DNA of 64,000 nucleotides. Origin: Clostridia bacterium. Its GTDB lineage: Bacteria; Bacillota; Clostridia; TANB77; CAG-508. The notes below the pieces were generated by a model, which had not been told where the DNA came from, searched no databases, and worked only from the letters and a program-made list of their open reading frames with translations. The stretch lies in contig JAFWNQ010000004.1 in assembly GCA_017510245.1 (NCBI GenBank), positions 4,726 to 68,725 of the forward strand, in the 5' to 3' direction. This document shows positions 29,021 through 37,765 of the stretch, in pieces (the first letter of the stretch is position 1; each line of letters starts with the position of its first letter). The translations under genes were made by a program, and so were the position numbers.

Positions 29021-30547
29021 ATGACGTTAGAAGTTGAGAAGGATAGTTTGAATATAAAGCAGATTACTGCAAAAAAAAGTGAACTTGTTACAGTAGAAGG
29101 GGAATGTATTGTTCCAGATATTAAGCCTGATTTGATAAACATTATTAGTACAAGCGGAATTCTTAATGTTTATAAAAAGGAGGTTTTGAATTCCAAAGTT
29201 AGAATAGATGGTGCGATTTCAGTTTATGTAATGTATAATGGAAATGATGGAGAAAAGGATTCTATAAGAAGCATTAACCATATTTTAGATTTTTCTCAAA
29301 TAATTGCTATTGAAAATGCCAATAGTGAAATGAATGAAGTAGGGAATCTTAGTATAGAAAAAATAGAAGCAAGAATTGTAAATGAAAGAAAAATAAGTAT
29401 TAAAGTTACACTTAGAATTAATATAAAGCTTAACAGTGATTTAAATATAGAATATATTAATAACGTTAAAATTAATGATCTACAAAAAAAAGAGAAAAAA
29501 ATAAAAATTAATTCAGTTTTTGGGGTTGGATACACAAAAACAAATATTAGCGAAAACATATCAATAGATAATGCTAATAACATAACAGAAATTTTGCAAG
29601 TTTTTAATTCAATTGTAAATATTGATACTAAAATTAGTTATAATAAAATACTAATAAAAGCAGATGTAATTGTGAAGCTATTATATTCAACAGAAGATGG
29701 AAAAATTAATACTACAAAAGAAACATTTCCAATAATGGGTTTTATAGATATGAAGGGGATATCAGATGAAAATATTATAAAATCAAATTTAGAAATAAAA
29801 AATGCTGTAATCAAGCCTAATGGAACTCAAGACCACTCTATATCTGTTGATATGGAAATCGATATGGGAATAATTGCGTATGATTCAAAAGAAATGATTA
29901 CTATTGATGATATGTATAGCCCAAGTAAGATAATTAATTACAGTCAAAAAGAAGTTAATCTAATTAATGATTGTCAGTCTCATAGTGGAATACTTAATTT
30001 CAATCAAACACTATTAAATGATATCGGTAATGAAAAAATCTACGATGTTGAAACTCAAGTAATAGCAAATGAAATCAAAGTATTAAATAATGCTATACAG
30101 ATAAGTGGAAGTATTAAATTTATATTTATTCACTCTATAAATAAAATGAATGGTCTTAGTTGTAAAAGAATAGAATTACCATTTGAATATAAACTAGTAT
30201 GTGAAGGAATAAAAGAAGGGGATAGAGCTGAGTTAAAATATGAAATAAAGAATGACAGTTTTAATATTATTTCTGATAAAGAAATTGAAATAAAAATTGA
30301 TATATTATTTATTGCTGAAACAATAAATAATACTAAAATAAAAGTTGTTGATAATGTATATGAGGAAGAGAATGATGAGAGAAGCAATTATAATATAGTA
30401 ATTTATTATACTAAAAACGATGATAGTTTGTGGAAAATAGCCAAAGAATTTTGTAGCACTACTGAAATAATAAAAAAAGATAATAAATTAGAAAATGAAA
30501 CTATAAAACCGGGTATGCAACTATTTATTTCTAGATTTGTTCACTAG
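29021..30547 (+). CDS. DUF3794-repeat protein with a C-terminal LysM domain (SipL/SpoVID-like spore morphogenetic protein)
   Basis: N-terminus ...VEGECIVPDIKPDL is typical of DUF3794. C-terminal LysM (YTKNDDSLWKIAKEF...IKPGMQLFI). Confidence 0.55.
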   Translation: MTLEVEKDSLNIKQITAKKSELVTVEGECIVPDIKPDLINIISTSGILNVYKKEVLNSKVRIDGAISVYVMYNGNDGEKDSIRSINHILDFSQIIAIENANSEMNEVGNLSIEKIEARIVNERKISIKVTLRINIKLNSDLNIEYINNVKINDLQKKEKKIKINSVFGVGYTKTNISENISIDNANNITEILQVFNSIVNIDTKISYNKILIKADVIVKLLYSTEDGKINTTKETFPIMGFIDMKGISDENIIKSNLEIKNAVIKPNGTQDHSISVDMEIDMGIIAYDSKEMITIDDMYSPSKIINYSQKEVNLINDCQSHSGILNFNQTLLNDIGNEKIYDVETQVIANEIKVLNNAIQISGSIKFIFIHSINKMNGLSCKRIELPFEYKLVCEGIKEGDRAELKYEIKNDSFNIISDKEIEIKIDILFIAETINNTKIKVVDNVYEEENDERSNYNIVIYYTKNDDSLWKIAKEFCSTTEIIKKDNKLENETIKPGMQLFISRFVH

Positions 30548-30567
30548 AATAATGTAAAATAGAATAT

Positions 30568-30596
30568 AAAAAAACATCCTCCTGGATGTTTTTTTA
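30568..30596. terminator. Bidirectional terminator
   Basis: AAAAAAACATCC-tcct-GGATGTTTTTTT. Confidence 0.85.
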
Positions 30597-30599
30597 CTA

Positions 30600-30953
30600 T
30601 TATAATGCTTTTTTTGCTGTTTTGCAGATTTCTTCAAATGCTTTTGAATCATTTACTGCCAACTCAGCTAACATTTTTCTATTTATAACAACATTAGCTT
30701 TTTTTAGACCATTGATTAATGTGCTGTATGTCATACCATTCATTCTTGCAGCTGCATTAATTCTTGCTATCCATAATTTTCTAAAGTTACTTTTTCTATC
30801 TTTTCTTCCAACATAAGCGTAAACACCTGATTTCATAACTTGTTGTTTAGCTTGTCTAAATCTGTAGTGTTTTGCTCCAAAATAACCCTTAGCTCTTTTA
30901 ATTATTTTTTTATGTTTTTTTCTTGTAATAATACCTGTTTTAACTCTTGCCAT
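30600..30953 (-). CDS. rplT: 50S ribosomal protein L20
   Basis: [17 protein letters not shown]..., last gene of infC-rpmI-rplT. Confidence 0.95.
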   Translation of the reverse strand: MARVKTGIITRKKHKKIIKRAKGYFGAKHYRFRQAKQQVMKSGVYAYVGRKDRKSNFRKLWIARINAAARMNGMTYSTLINGLKKANVVINRKMLAELAVNDSKAFEEICKTAKKAL

Positions 30954-30971
30954 TTAATTCACCTTCCTTCT

Positions 30972-31175
30972 TTATTTACCATATGGTAATAATTTTTTTA
31001 CATGATTTTCTCCAGATTTATCAACGTAAGCATTAAGAACACTTCCGCTAGCTTTTTGTCTATTAGTTTTATTTCCTAATAAGTGTCTTCTGTTAGATTT
31101 TGTTCTTTTTACTTTTCCTGTAGCTGTAAAACTATATCTTTTTTTTGCAGCTCTGTTTGTTTTTAGTTTTGGCAT
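30972..31175 (-). CDS. rpmI: 50S ribosomal protein L35
   Basis: MPKLKTNRAAKKRY.... Confidence 0.95.
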   Translation of the reverse strand: MPKLKTNRAAKKRYSFTATGKVKRTKSNRRHLLGNKTNRQKASGSVLNAYVDKSGENHVKKLLPYGK

Positions 31176-31460
31176 AATTATTTCCTCCTCTTCGTTGCAC
31201 TATGCGCTTTTCAGATGTATCATTATGAAATAAAACTTCATTTACAATACATAAACTCTGGCATTTCGTGCATTTTTTTAAGTTCATTCATAACTTACTT
31301 ATAGTTCATTAGAACTCAGAAAAGATAAGTTGCAAATAAAATTCATTTATTTACTTTTTGAAGTTTTAAATTGTCTATAACTAAATTTTGAATAAACAAT
31401 TAATTGTATATTTAATACAAATTTTTTAAGTCCATCAAAAAAATATAAGAATTATTCTTC

Positions 31461-31976
31461 TTAGCTCTTTTTTGGGGCTAAAATAATGAACATATTTCTA
31501 CCTTCAAGTGATGGTTTCTTTTCTACAGTTGAAACTTCTTCTAAATCATTGATAAAGTTATTAAGAACATTTTCACCAAGCTTAACATAGTTCATTTCTC
31601 TACCTCTAAATCTAACGTTAATTTTTACTTTATTTCCATCAGCTAAAAATTTACTAGCATTTTTCTTTTTAAATTCAAAATCATGAGTATCGATATTAGG
31701 GGTAATACGTATTTCTTTTAATTCAAATGCTTTTGATTTTTTACGAGCTTCTTTTTCTTTTTTTGCTTGCTCAAATTTATATTTGCCATAGTTCATAATT
31801 TTGCAAACTTTTGGATTTGCATTCATAGCAACTAAAACCAAATCAAGATTTTTTTCTCCGGCTAAATCTAAAGCATCATCTAGTGAGTATATACCAAGCT
31901 GTTGATTGTTTTCATCGATAAGCTGAACCTCATCAGCTCTAATTTGTTCGTTAATTGGTAAATCCTGTTTTATTAT
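31461..31976 (-). CDS. infC: Translation initiation factor IF-3, non-canonical ATA start
   Basis: The ORF track begins at internal Met 31841, but the frame stays open upstream (..KQDLPINEQIRADEVQLIDENNQQLGIYSLDDALDLAGEKNLDLVLVAMN..). ATA codons at 31971-31976 lie just after GGAGGTG. Confidence 0.88.
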   Translation of the reverse strand: MIKQDLPINEQIRADEVQLIDENNQQLGIYSLDDALDLAGEKNLDLVLVAMNANPKVCKIMNYGKYKFEQAKKEKEARKKSKAFELKEIRITPNIDTHDFEFKKKNASKFLADGNKVKINVRFRGREMNYVKLGENVLNNFINDLEEVSTVEKKPSLEGRNMFIILAPKKS

Positions 31977-32000
31977 TAAACACCTCCTATTATAAAATTG

Positions 32001-32125
32001 AAAAAAGATTGGTTTTAGCCAATCTACTCCTCAAAAATATAATGAAATTAGTATGTAAAATTTCATATATTTAACCTTTTCCCAGTAGGTGAAGGTGAGA
32101 AGTAAAGCTTCTTCTTTCTAAATAC
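32001..32125 (-). promoter_or_regulatory. infC leader with terminator hairpin (candidate L20-responsive attenuator)
   Basis: A leader of about 150 nt ends in GATTGG-ctaaaa-CCAATC plus TTTTTT (plus-strand 32001-32024), about 20 nt before the infC RBS. The arrangement matches the Firmicute L20 leader. Confidence 0.45.
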
Positions 32126-32131
32126 TTTATT

Positions 32132-32160
32132 ATAATACTATATTTTTACATAAAAGTCAA
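32132..32160 (-). promoter_or_regulatory. SigA-type promoter of infC-rpmI-rplT
   Basis: Minus strand TTGACT, 17 nt spacer, TATTAT. Confidence 0.65.
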
Positions 32161-32179
32161 TAGAATTTAACTAAATTCC

Positions 32180-32208
32180 TTGACTTTTTTATAATTATGT
32201 AATAAAAT
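32180..32208 (+). promoter_or_regulatory. SigA-type promoter of rplM-rpsI
   Basis: TTGACT (32180-32185), 17 nt spacer, TAAAAT (32203-32208). Confidence 0.65.
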
Positions 32209-32304
32209 AGTATAGCGATTAATGAATGTTACTTTTAGAACGATTCCCCGGTGGTTTTAAAAGTTTCATATATATTATTATTAATGAATGGAGGAAATAA
32301 TACC

Positions 32305-32739
32305 ATGAATAATACTACATACGTTGTAAAGAAAAATGAGATTGAAAGAAAATGGTATATAATTGATGCAGAAAACAAGCCTTTAGGTAGAGTTGCTAGT
32401 GAAGCAGCTAAATTACTTAGAGGAAAACATAAACCTACATTTACATTTAATGAAGATGTTGGTGATTTTGTTATTATCACAAATTGCTCAAAAGCAATAT
32501 TAACTGGAAATAAGATGAATCAAAAAGTATATACTCATTTTACTGGATATATTGGAAATATGAAAAAGACTTTAGCAAAAGATATGATGGCTAACAAACC
32601 TGAAAAAGCAATGTATATTGCTGTTAAAGGAATGTTACCACACAATAGCTTAGGTGCAAAACAACTTAAGAAATTGAGAGTATATGCTGGAAGTGAACAT
32701 GAAAATCAAGCGCAAAAACCAGAAGTTTGGGAATTTTAA
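32305..32739 (+). CDS. rplM: 50S ribosomal protein L13
   Basis: [22 protein letters not shown].... Start moved to ATG 32305 after GGAGGAAA. Confidence 0.95.
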   Translation: MNNTTYVVKKNEIERKWYIIDAENKPLGRVASEAAKLLRGKHKPTFTFNEDVGDFVIITNCSKAILTGNKMNQKVYTHFTGYIGNMKKTLAKDMMANKPEKAMYIAVKGMLPHNSLGAKQLKKLRVYAGSEHENQAQKPEVWEF

Positions 32740-32789
32740 TAAAAGACAATAAAAATAGTTGAAAAATAACCAGAAAGGGAGGAATAAGA

Positions 32790-33197
32790 ATGGCAAAAAC
32801 AACAAACAAAGAGGTATTCTTAGGAACTGGTAGAAGAAAAAGTTCAATTGCTAGAGTTAGATTAATGGACGGAAAAGGAAATATTACTGTTAATGGAAAA
32901 GATATTAATGTATATTTTGGAGAAGAGACATTAAGAGTTATAGTTAAACAACCATTAGAAGCAACAGAAACATTATCAAAATTTGATGTTATTGCAAAAG
33001 TTACAGGTGGAGGATTCTCTGGCCAGGCTGGAGCAGTACGTCATGGAATTGCAAGAGCTTTAAATGAAGCTAATAGTGAAGAATACAGAGCTGTTTTAAA
33101 AGCCAAAGGTCTTCTTACAAGAGATTCTCGTGAGAAGGAAAGAAAGAAATATGGACTTAAAAAAGCTCGTAAAGCACCACAATTTAGTAAGAGATAG
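32790..33197 (+). CDS. rpsI: 30S ribosomal protein S9
   Basis: [12 protein letters not shown]...[19 protein letters not shown]...[12 protein letters not shown]. Confidence 0.95.
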   Translation: MAKTTNKEVFLGTGRRKSSIARVRLMDGKGNITVNGKDINVYFGEETLRVIVKQPLEATETLSKFDVIAKVTGGGFSGQAGAVRHGIARALNEANSEEYRAVLKAKGLLTRDSREKERKKYGLKKARKAPQFSKR

Positions 33198-33202
33198 AAT
33201 AC

Positions 33203-33238
33203 AAAAAAACTTGAAGAGTTAACTCTTCAAGTTTTTTT
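33203..33238 (+). terminator. Rho-independent terminator after rpsI
   Basis: ACTTGAAGAG-tta-ACTCTTCAAGT flanked by A and T runs. Confidence 0.85.
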
Positions 33239-33271
33239 ATATAATAGGGAAGTTCTATTACCTATTATATA
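33238..33271 (+). repeat. Palindromic intergenic element, copy B
   Basis: TATATAATAGG-gaagttctatta-CCTATTATATA: 11 bp perfect stem. The G-T wobble of copy A is a G-C pair here. Confidence 0.7.
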
Positions 33272-33297
33272 AAATTTTGTTTGAATTCTATGATTAG

Positions 33298-34581
33298 CTA
33301 TCTGTCTATATCCTGATTTTGAGTTGGTATTTCAGCAGTACTTGAAGTAGCTTTATCAAATGCAGATGCATCAAATGTTTCATAATATCCTAATTCTGGA
33401 TCAAACCTTAATGGACATAGTGAACCTCTTAATGCGCATAACACTGCATTTCTAAAATCACCTTTTTCTCTATAAACAGAAGACAATACTATATCAGAAT
33501 TAGGATCAACTTTTATAAATCTAACATTTGATTCACTTCGATCTTCAGGAGTTACTTTATAAGTTATAGATGCATAATCAGATATATTGCTTGATACGCT
33601 ACAATCATATACAGGTGCCTCTATAGAGCCTCCACTAGTTTCTAATTGATGTATATTAAATGTACTAATTAATTCATTAGAGATTCTTTCATACTCAGAC
33701 TGTTGATCTGGAGTTAAGTCATCTGCATTGCTATATCTTATAAAAGTATCAAAATTTCTAGATGTTTCTTCAGAAAAACCTAAATCTTGTAGCTTTTCAG
33801 GTTCTGAATATATTTGATTAACCGTTTCAGAAAGTAATTCTCGATCTGAGGCTTTTTCAGCAAAGTTATCTAATTCCTGTTCATTTGTGATAGGCTCATG
33901 CACTTCACGAGCTCTAGTAGGAGATGTGATTAAGTGACCTCCTAACGCTATAGCTGAAGCAAGTACGGTAGTAGCAAGTGCAAGTTTGGCTTTTTTTAAC
34001 ATACCTTCAGTATCACGATACCTTAGGTTTTTGGCTACTTTCTTAAAAGTTCTAATTCTTTTTAAAGGATGATCTTTTAATACTGATGTTGCCTTAGAAG
34101 CTTCACTTCTATATGATTCTATGAACATTTGCTGTATAGAATGTACTCTTGAATCATCTGAAAAAGATTTACCTTCAATTTGCTTTTCATCTGCATTTAA
34201 AGAAACTAGTGAAGGAAAATCTTGTTTAATATCAGATTTTGTAGATACTTCATCTTGAAAAGGAGGACAAAAACGAGAAGAGTGATAATGTCTTACTAAA
34301 GAGTCAATTAGCTCAAACTTAACCTCTGATTTTTTTAAAGGATTTCTGGTTTTTGCATTTCTTCTTAATCTAATTGCATATAGTGTACGCAAACAATCTT
34401 CAGCAGAAATACCTGATTCTTTTAGAGAGTCAATAAAACTACTTTGAATTGATGAAGCGGTCTGTTTTGATAGACCAATTCCAGCTGTTCTTTTCTGTGT
34501 GGCACTTGTAATATTTAAAAGATACCTAGACAATTCTTCATAATAAAATTCAATAGGTAATTTAGGATCTAAATTATTCAT
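33298..34581 (-). CDS. Hypothetical 427-aa single-pass membrane protein, no recognisable family
   Basis: Uninterrupted 427-codon ORF, AAGGAGA RBS, central TM (AKLALATTVLASAIALGGHLI). Amino-acid usage is Ser/Arg/Asp/Pro-rich compared with its neighbours. Confidence 0.7.
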   Translation of the reverse strand: MNNLDPKLPIEFYYEELSRYLLNITSATQKRTAGIGLSKQTASSIQSSFIDSLKESGISAEDCLRTLYAIRLRRNAKTRNPLKKSEVKFELIDSLVRHYHSSRFCPPFQDEVSTKSDIKQDFPSLVSLNADEKQIEGKSFSDDSRVHSIQQMFIESYRSEASKATSVLKDHPLKRIRTFKKVAKNLRYRDTEGMLKKAKLALATTVLASAIALGGHLITSPTRAREVHEPITNEQELDNFAEKASDRELLSETVNQIYSEPEKLQDLGFSEETSRNFDTFIRYSNADDLTPDQQSEYERISNELISTFNIHQLETSGGSIEAPVYDCSVSSNISDYASITYKVTPEDRSESNVRFIKVDPNSDIVLSSVYREKGDFRNAVLCALRGSLCPLRFDPELGYYETFDASAFDKATSSTAEIPTQNQDIDR

Positions 34582-34599
34582 TTTAATCTCCTTTTATCA

Positions 34600-34639
34600 A
34601 TAAAAATATAACACCAAGAGAAGTATAAATCTTGGTGTT
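34600..34639 (-). terminator. Hairpin plus T-tract immediately after tRNA-Leu
   Basis: Minus strand AACACCAAGA-tttatacttc-TCTTGGTGTT then ATATTTTTATT. It ends about 18 nt before the ATG of the 427-aa ORF. Confidence 0.65.
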
Positions 34640-34644
34640 TAAAA

Positions 34645-34732
34645 TGGTGCAGATACCCGGAGTCGAACCGGGACGGATTATTAGTCCGCAGGATTTTAAG
34701 TCCTGTGCGTCTACCAGTTCCGCCATATCTGC
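34645..34732 (-). tRNA. tRNA-Leu (anticodon UAA), CCA encoded
   Basis: Minus strand GCAGATATGGCGGAACTGGTAGACGCACAGGACTTAAAATCCTGCGGACTAATAATCCGTCCCGGTTCGACTCCGGGTATCTGCACCA. 7 bp acceptor, CUUAAAA anticodon loop, long variable arm, GGTTCGACTCC T-arm. Confidence 0.93.
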
Positions 34733-34831
34733 ATATGTAATAAAAATAAATAAGTGCTGGTAGGAAATTCATATGTAATTTAAATATATGTGGTAAACTA
34801 TCTACACAAAAACATTATTGCTACAATGACT

Positions 34832-34861
34832 ATTATAATACGTTGAAAAAGGATTTGTCAA
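34832..34861 (-). promoter_or_regulatory. Near-consensus SigA promoter upstream of tRNA-Leu
   Basis: Minus strand TTGACA, 18 nt spacer, TATAAT, about 100 nt upstream of the tRNA 5' end. Confidence 0.65.
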
Positions 34862-34879
34862 GTCATTAATAAAAATATT

Positions 34880-35146
34880 TTATTTTTTATAATTGTTTAT
34901 TGCTTTTTCGTGCTCATCCACAACATCGTTGAATATAGAATCGTCAAAAAAATCAAATAAAGAAATATCTAGCCCAGTACATAGATCATATAAAGTTGCT
35001 AAAGTTAAAGTGCGAGTTTTTCCAACCATAAAACTAACTAAAGTAGAGTAAGAAACATTTGAAGCTCTGGATAGGGATTTTAGACTATTTGTTCTTGACT
35101 TTGATAAATATATAATTCTTTGTCTAACTGCAGTTGATAATTGCAT
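34880..35146 (-). CDS. XRE-family helix-turn-helix protein (88 aa)
   Basis: HTH_3-like: ...LKSLSRASNVSYSTLVSFMVGK. Paralog of the adjacent gene. Confidence 0.75.
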   Translation of the reverse strand: MQLSTAVRQRIIYLSKSRTNSLKSLSRASNVSYSTLVSFMVGKTRTLTLATLYDLCTGLDISLFDFFDDSIFNDVVDEHEKAINNYKK

Positions 35147-35161
35147 CTTATAGAATCCTTT

Positions 35162-35410
35162 CTAATGAATTTTAGAATCAGAGGAAATATTCTTGAATAA
35201 TGGATCATTAAAAAAATCTTTAATTCCAATATCTGCACCTTCACAAATATGTAACAATGTTGTTAATGTAATACTTGTACATTTACCATTCAAAAAACTA
35301 CTAAGTGTCGAATAAGGTACTCCTGATTGAAGAGCAAGCTTATGTAATGTGATTTTCTTTTTTGATGCTAAATTTATTATTCTTTGTTTTACTGCATTGG
35401 ATAGTGTCAT
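35162..35410 (-). CDS. XRE-family helix-turn-helix protein (82 aa)
   Basis: MTLSNAVKQRIINL...LHKLALQSGVPYSTLSSFLNGK. Start set to ATG 35410 after AAGGAG. Confidence 0.75.
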   Translation of the reverse strand: MTLSNAVKQRIINLASKKKITLHKLALQSGVPYSTLSSFLNGKCTSITLTTLLHICEGADIGIKDFFNDPLFKNISSDSKIH

Positions 35411-35586
35411 TTTAATACTCCTTAAAATTATAGTTGGATGAAGTATATCAAAAACAATTAAAAATCGTAGACGATAAAACATAACAACATCAAAAATATA
35501 TCTATATATATAAGAAAAAAATATTTACAAATAATAATTGATTATGTTATAATCCACTATATATTAAATGGAGATAATAAGGATAA

Positions 35587-36747
35587 ATGATTTTTTTAAT
35601 TCTAACAACATTACTAATTATAACAATATTTATTTTTTCTTTTGCTAGATTAGTTAAAAATAACTCTTTTGAATATGTATATGTATTAGTATCACAGTTT
35701 TTAGGAATACTTGTAGATTTTGTTGTAATCATAAGAGGAACAGAACCTTCTGCTTGGGTATACATTATAATTTATTTTTTCAGTGTTCTTATTCCAGTGA
35801 TTGTTATGCTTCTTGAAAACCAAAGTATATATTTAGGAGAGATATCTTTACTACTAAGCAAAAAAAATGTAGACAAAAAGTTAATACTGAAAACAATAGA
35901 TAAACATCCTAATAGTTACATTGCTCATAAGAGACTAGCTGAATATTATAAAGCAAATTTAGAAATGGAAAAAGTCGAAAGAGAATATGAAAAATTAATT
36001 GAAATTAGACCAAATGATTATTCTATTTATTGTGAATTGTCTGACATATATAATGAAAATAGTAAAAATGATAAAGCAATTGAAGTATTACAAGAAGTTT
36101 TGAAAATAAAACCTGATTACTATGAGGCAAGCTTAAAATTAGGAAATTTGCTATATGAAAATGAAAATTTTAAAGATGCAATTTTAGTTTATAATGAAGC
36201 TTTGAGGCATAATCCTAAAGAATATTACTTATATTACTGTCTAGGAATGACATATACGAGAATAAATGATTTTAATAATGCAAAAGAGTGTTATAAGAAG
36301 GCAGCTACAATTAATTCAATAAAAGATATTTCAAATTTAACTATTGGACAGATTTATTTAATATTTGAAGATTATGATAAAGCAGAAGAGTATTTTTATA
36401 AAACACTAGACTGTGAAGATGATGAAGTTTTGGCTAATTCATATTTTTATTTAGCAAAAATAAGATTGATTCAAAATAATGAAAATCAGGCGATACAGTA
36501 CTCAAATTTAGCAATAGACTTTAATCCAAAAATGATAGATAGAATGAGAAATGATGAATTGTTTATAACAATTTTGGGAAAATTAAGTATAAAAACATAC
36601 AAAAAAGTTAATACTAAAATTGACGATAAAGAAAAAGCTACTATAGAACACTTAGGAAAAACTTATAATGTTGTAGAAACTTTAACAAGTAATTTCTCTA
36701 AAAAAAATAATAATACCATTGATAAAGAAAATGAAATTACTAAATGA
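35587..36747 (+). CDS. Membrane-anchored tetratricopeptide (TPR) repeat protein
   Basis: Three N-terminal hydrophobic segments, then repeated TPR-like units (A..YY.A....E.A...Y.KL.E..P). Confidence 0.75.
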   Translation: MIFLILTTLLIITIFIFSFARLVKNNSFEYVYVLVSQFLGILVDFVVIIRGTEPSAWVYIIIYFFSVLIPVIVMLLENQSIYLGEISLLLSKKNVDKKLILKTIDKHPNSYIAHKRLAEYYKANLEMEKVEREYEKLIEIRPNDYSIYCELSDIYNENSKNDKAIEVLQEVLKIKPDYYEASLKLGNLLYENENFKDAILVYNEALRHNPKEYYLYYCLGMTYTRINDFNNAKECYKKAATINSIKDISNLTIGQIYLIFEDYDKAEEYFYKTLDCEDDEVLANSYFYLAKIRLIQNNENQAIQYSNLAIDFNPKMIDRMRNDELFITILGKLSIKTYKKVNTKIDDKEKATIEHLGKTYNVVETLTSNFSKKNNNTIDKENEITK

Positions 36748-36798
36748 TTTATCAAAAAAAACTGTATTTCATATTATATTCATAAGGAGGATTATAAT

Positions 36799-37635
36799 AT
36801 GAAGTATAGTTTTTTTATTATTGGTGGAGATAAGCGAATGCTTTATTTAGCAAAAAAAATAGTGAATGACAATTATGAGGTAAAGTTGTTAGGATTTGAA
36901 AAAATTGGATATGACAATCTGCTGAATAATAACATAAAAATAGCACATTCTATTATTGATGCAAAAGAAGGTGAAATACTAATTGGACCAGCACCTTTAA
37001 GCATGGATGGAATAAATATTTATGCACCATATAGCGATAAAAAAATTAAGATAGAGGAACTAAAAAATAGAAATATTATTGCTGGGAGAATTCCAAATAA
37101 TATAAAAGGAAAAGATATATTAAAAGATGAAAGTTACGCTATTTTAAACTCGATTCCAACTGCTGAAGGAGCTATAAGTTTAGCAATACAAGAGTCTAAA
37201 ATAACAATATACAATTCTAACGTGCTAGTTTTAGGATATGGAAGAATAGGAAAAGTGCTATGTAATAGATTAGGAAATATGGGAGCTAATGTATATTGTA
37301 GTGCAAGGAAAAAAGAGGACTTAACCTGGATAAAAGCAATGAAATACAACCCAATTTATACTGATAAAATAGATAGTATTTTATGTAAAATGAAAATAAT
37401 AATTAACACAATTCCAACTTTAGTATTGAATAAAAAAAGATTATTACTATTAAAACCAAATACTATAGTTATTGATTTAGCATCTAAAACAGGTGGAGTT
37501 GAATGGGATACAGCAAAAAGACTTAATATTAAAGCTATACACTATTTGGGAATTCCAGGGAAAATAGCTCCCGAATCTTCAGCTGAATATATGAAAGAAT
37601 ATATATATGAATTGTTAGATGTGAAAACACAATAG
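36799..37635 (+). CDS. dpaA: Dipicolinate synthase subunit A
   Basis: IIGGDKRMLYLAKK N-terminus and NAD-binding VLVLGYGRIGKVL, about 280 aa. No dpaB follows. Confidence 0.7.
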   Translation: MKYSFFIIGGDKRMLYLAKKIVNDNYEVKLLGFEKIGYDNLLNNNIKIAHSIIDAKEGEILIGPAPLSMDGINIYAPYSDKKIKIEELKNRNIIAGRIPNNIKGKDILKDESYAILNSIPTAEGAISLAIQESKITIYNSNVLVLGYGRIGKVLCNRLGNMGANVYCSARKKEDLTWIKAMKYNPIYTDKIDSILCKMKIIINTIPTLVLNKKRLLLLKPNTIVIDLASKTGGVEWDTAKRLNIKAIHYLGIPGKIAPESSAEYMKEYIYELLDVKTQ

Positions 37636-37695
37636 AACAAACTTTGACAAAAGAATTACAAATATTACATTTTATTTACATTATAATAATATGTA

Positions 37696-37724
37696 TTGAC
37701 TTAGAAAAAAAATACGGATAAAAT
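37696..37724 (+). promoter_or_regulatory. SigA-type promoter of the type IV pilus locus
   Basis: TTGACT (37696-37701), 17 nt spacer, TAAAAT (37719-37724). Confidence 0.55.
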
Positions 37725-37765
37725 AAAAAAGTAAAAACTCTCATAAAGTATAAAAAGGAGATAAA

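Noticed and set aside
34578-34772. 64-aa ORF on the minus strand
   Set aside because: It is read straight through the tRNA-Leu gene (34645-34732) and its terminator, so it is an artefact of the tRNA sequence.
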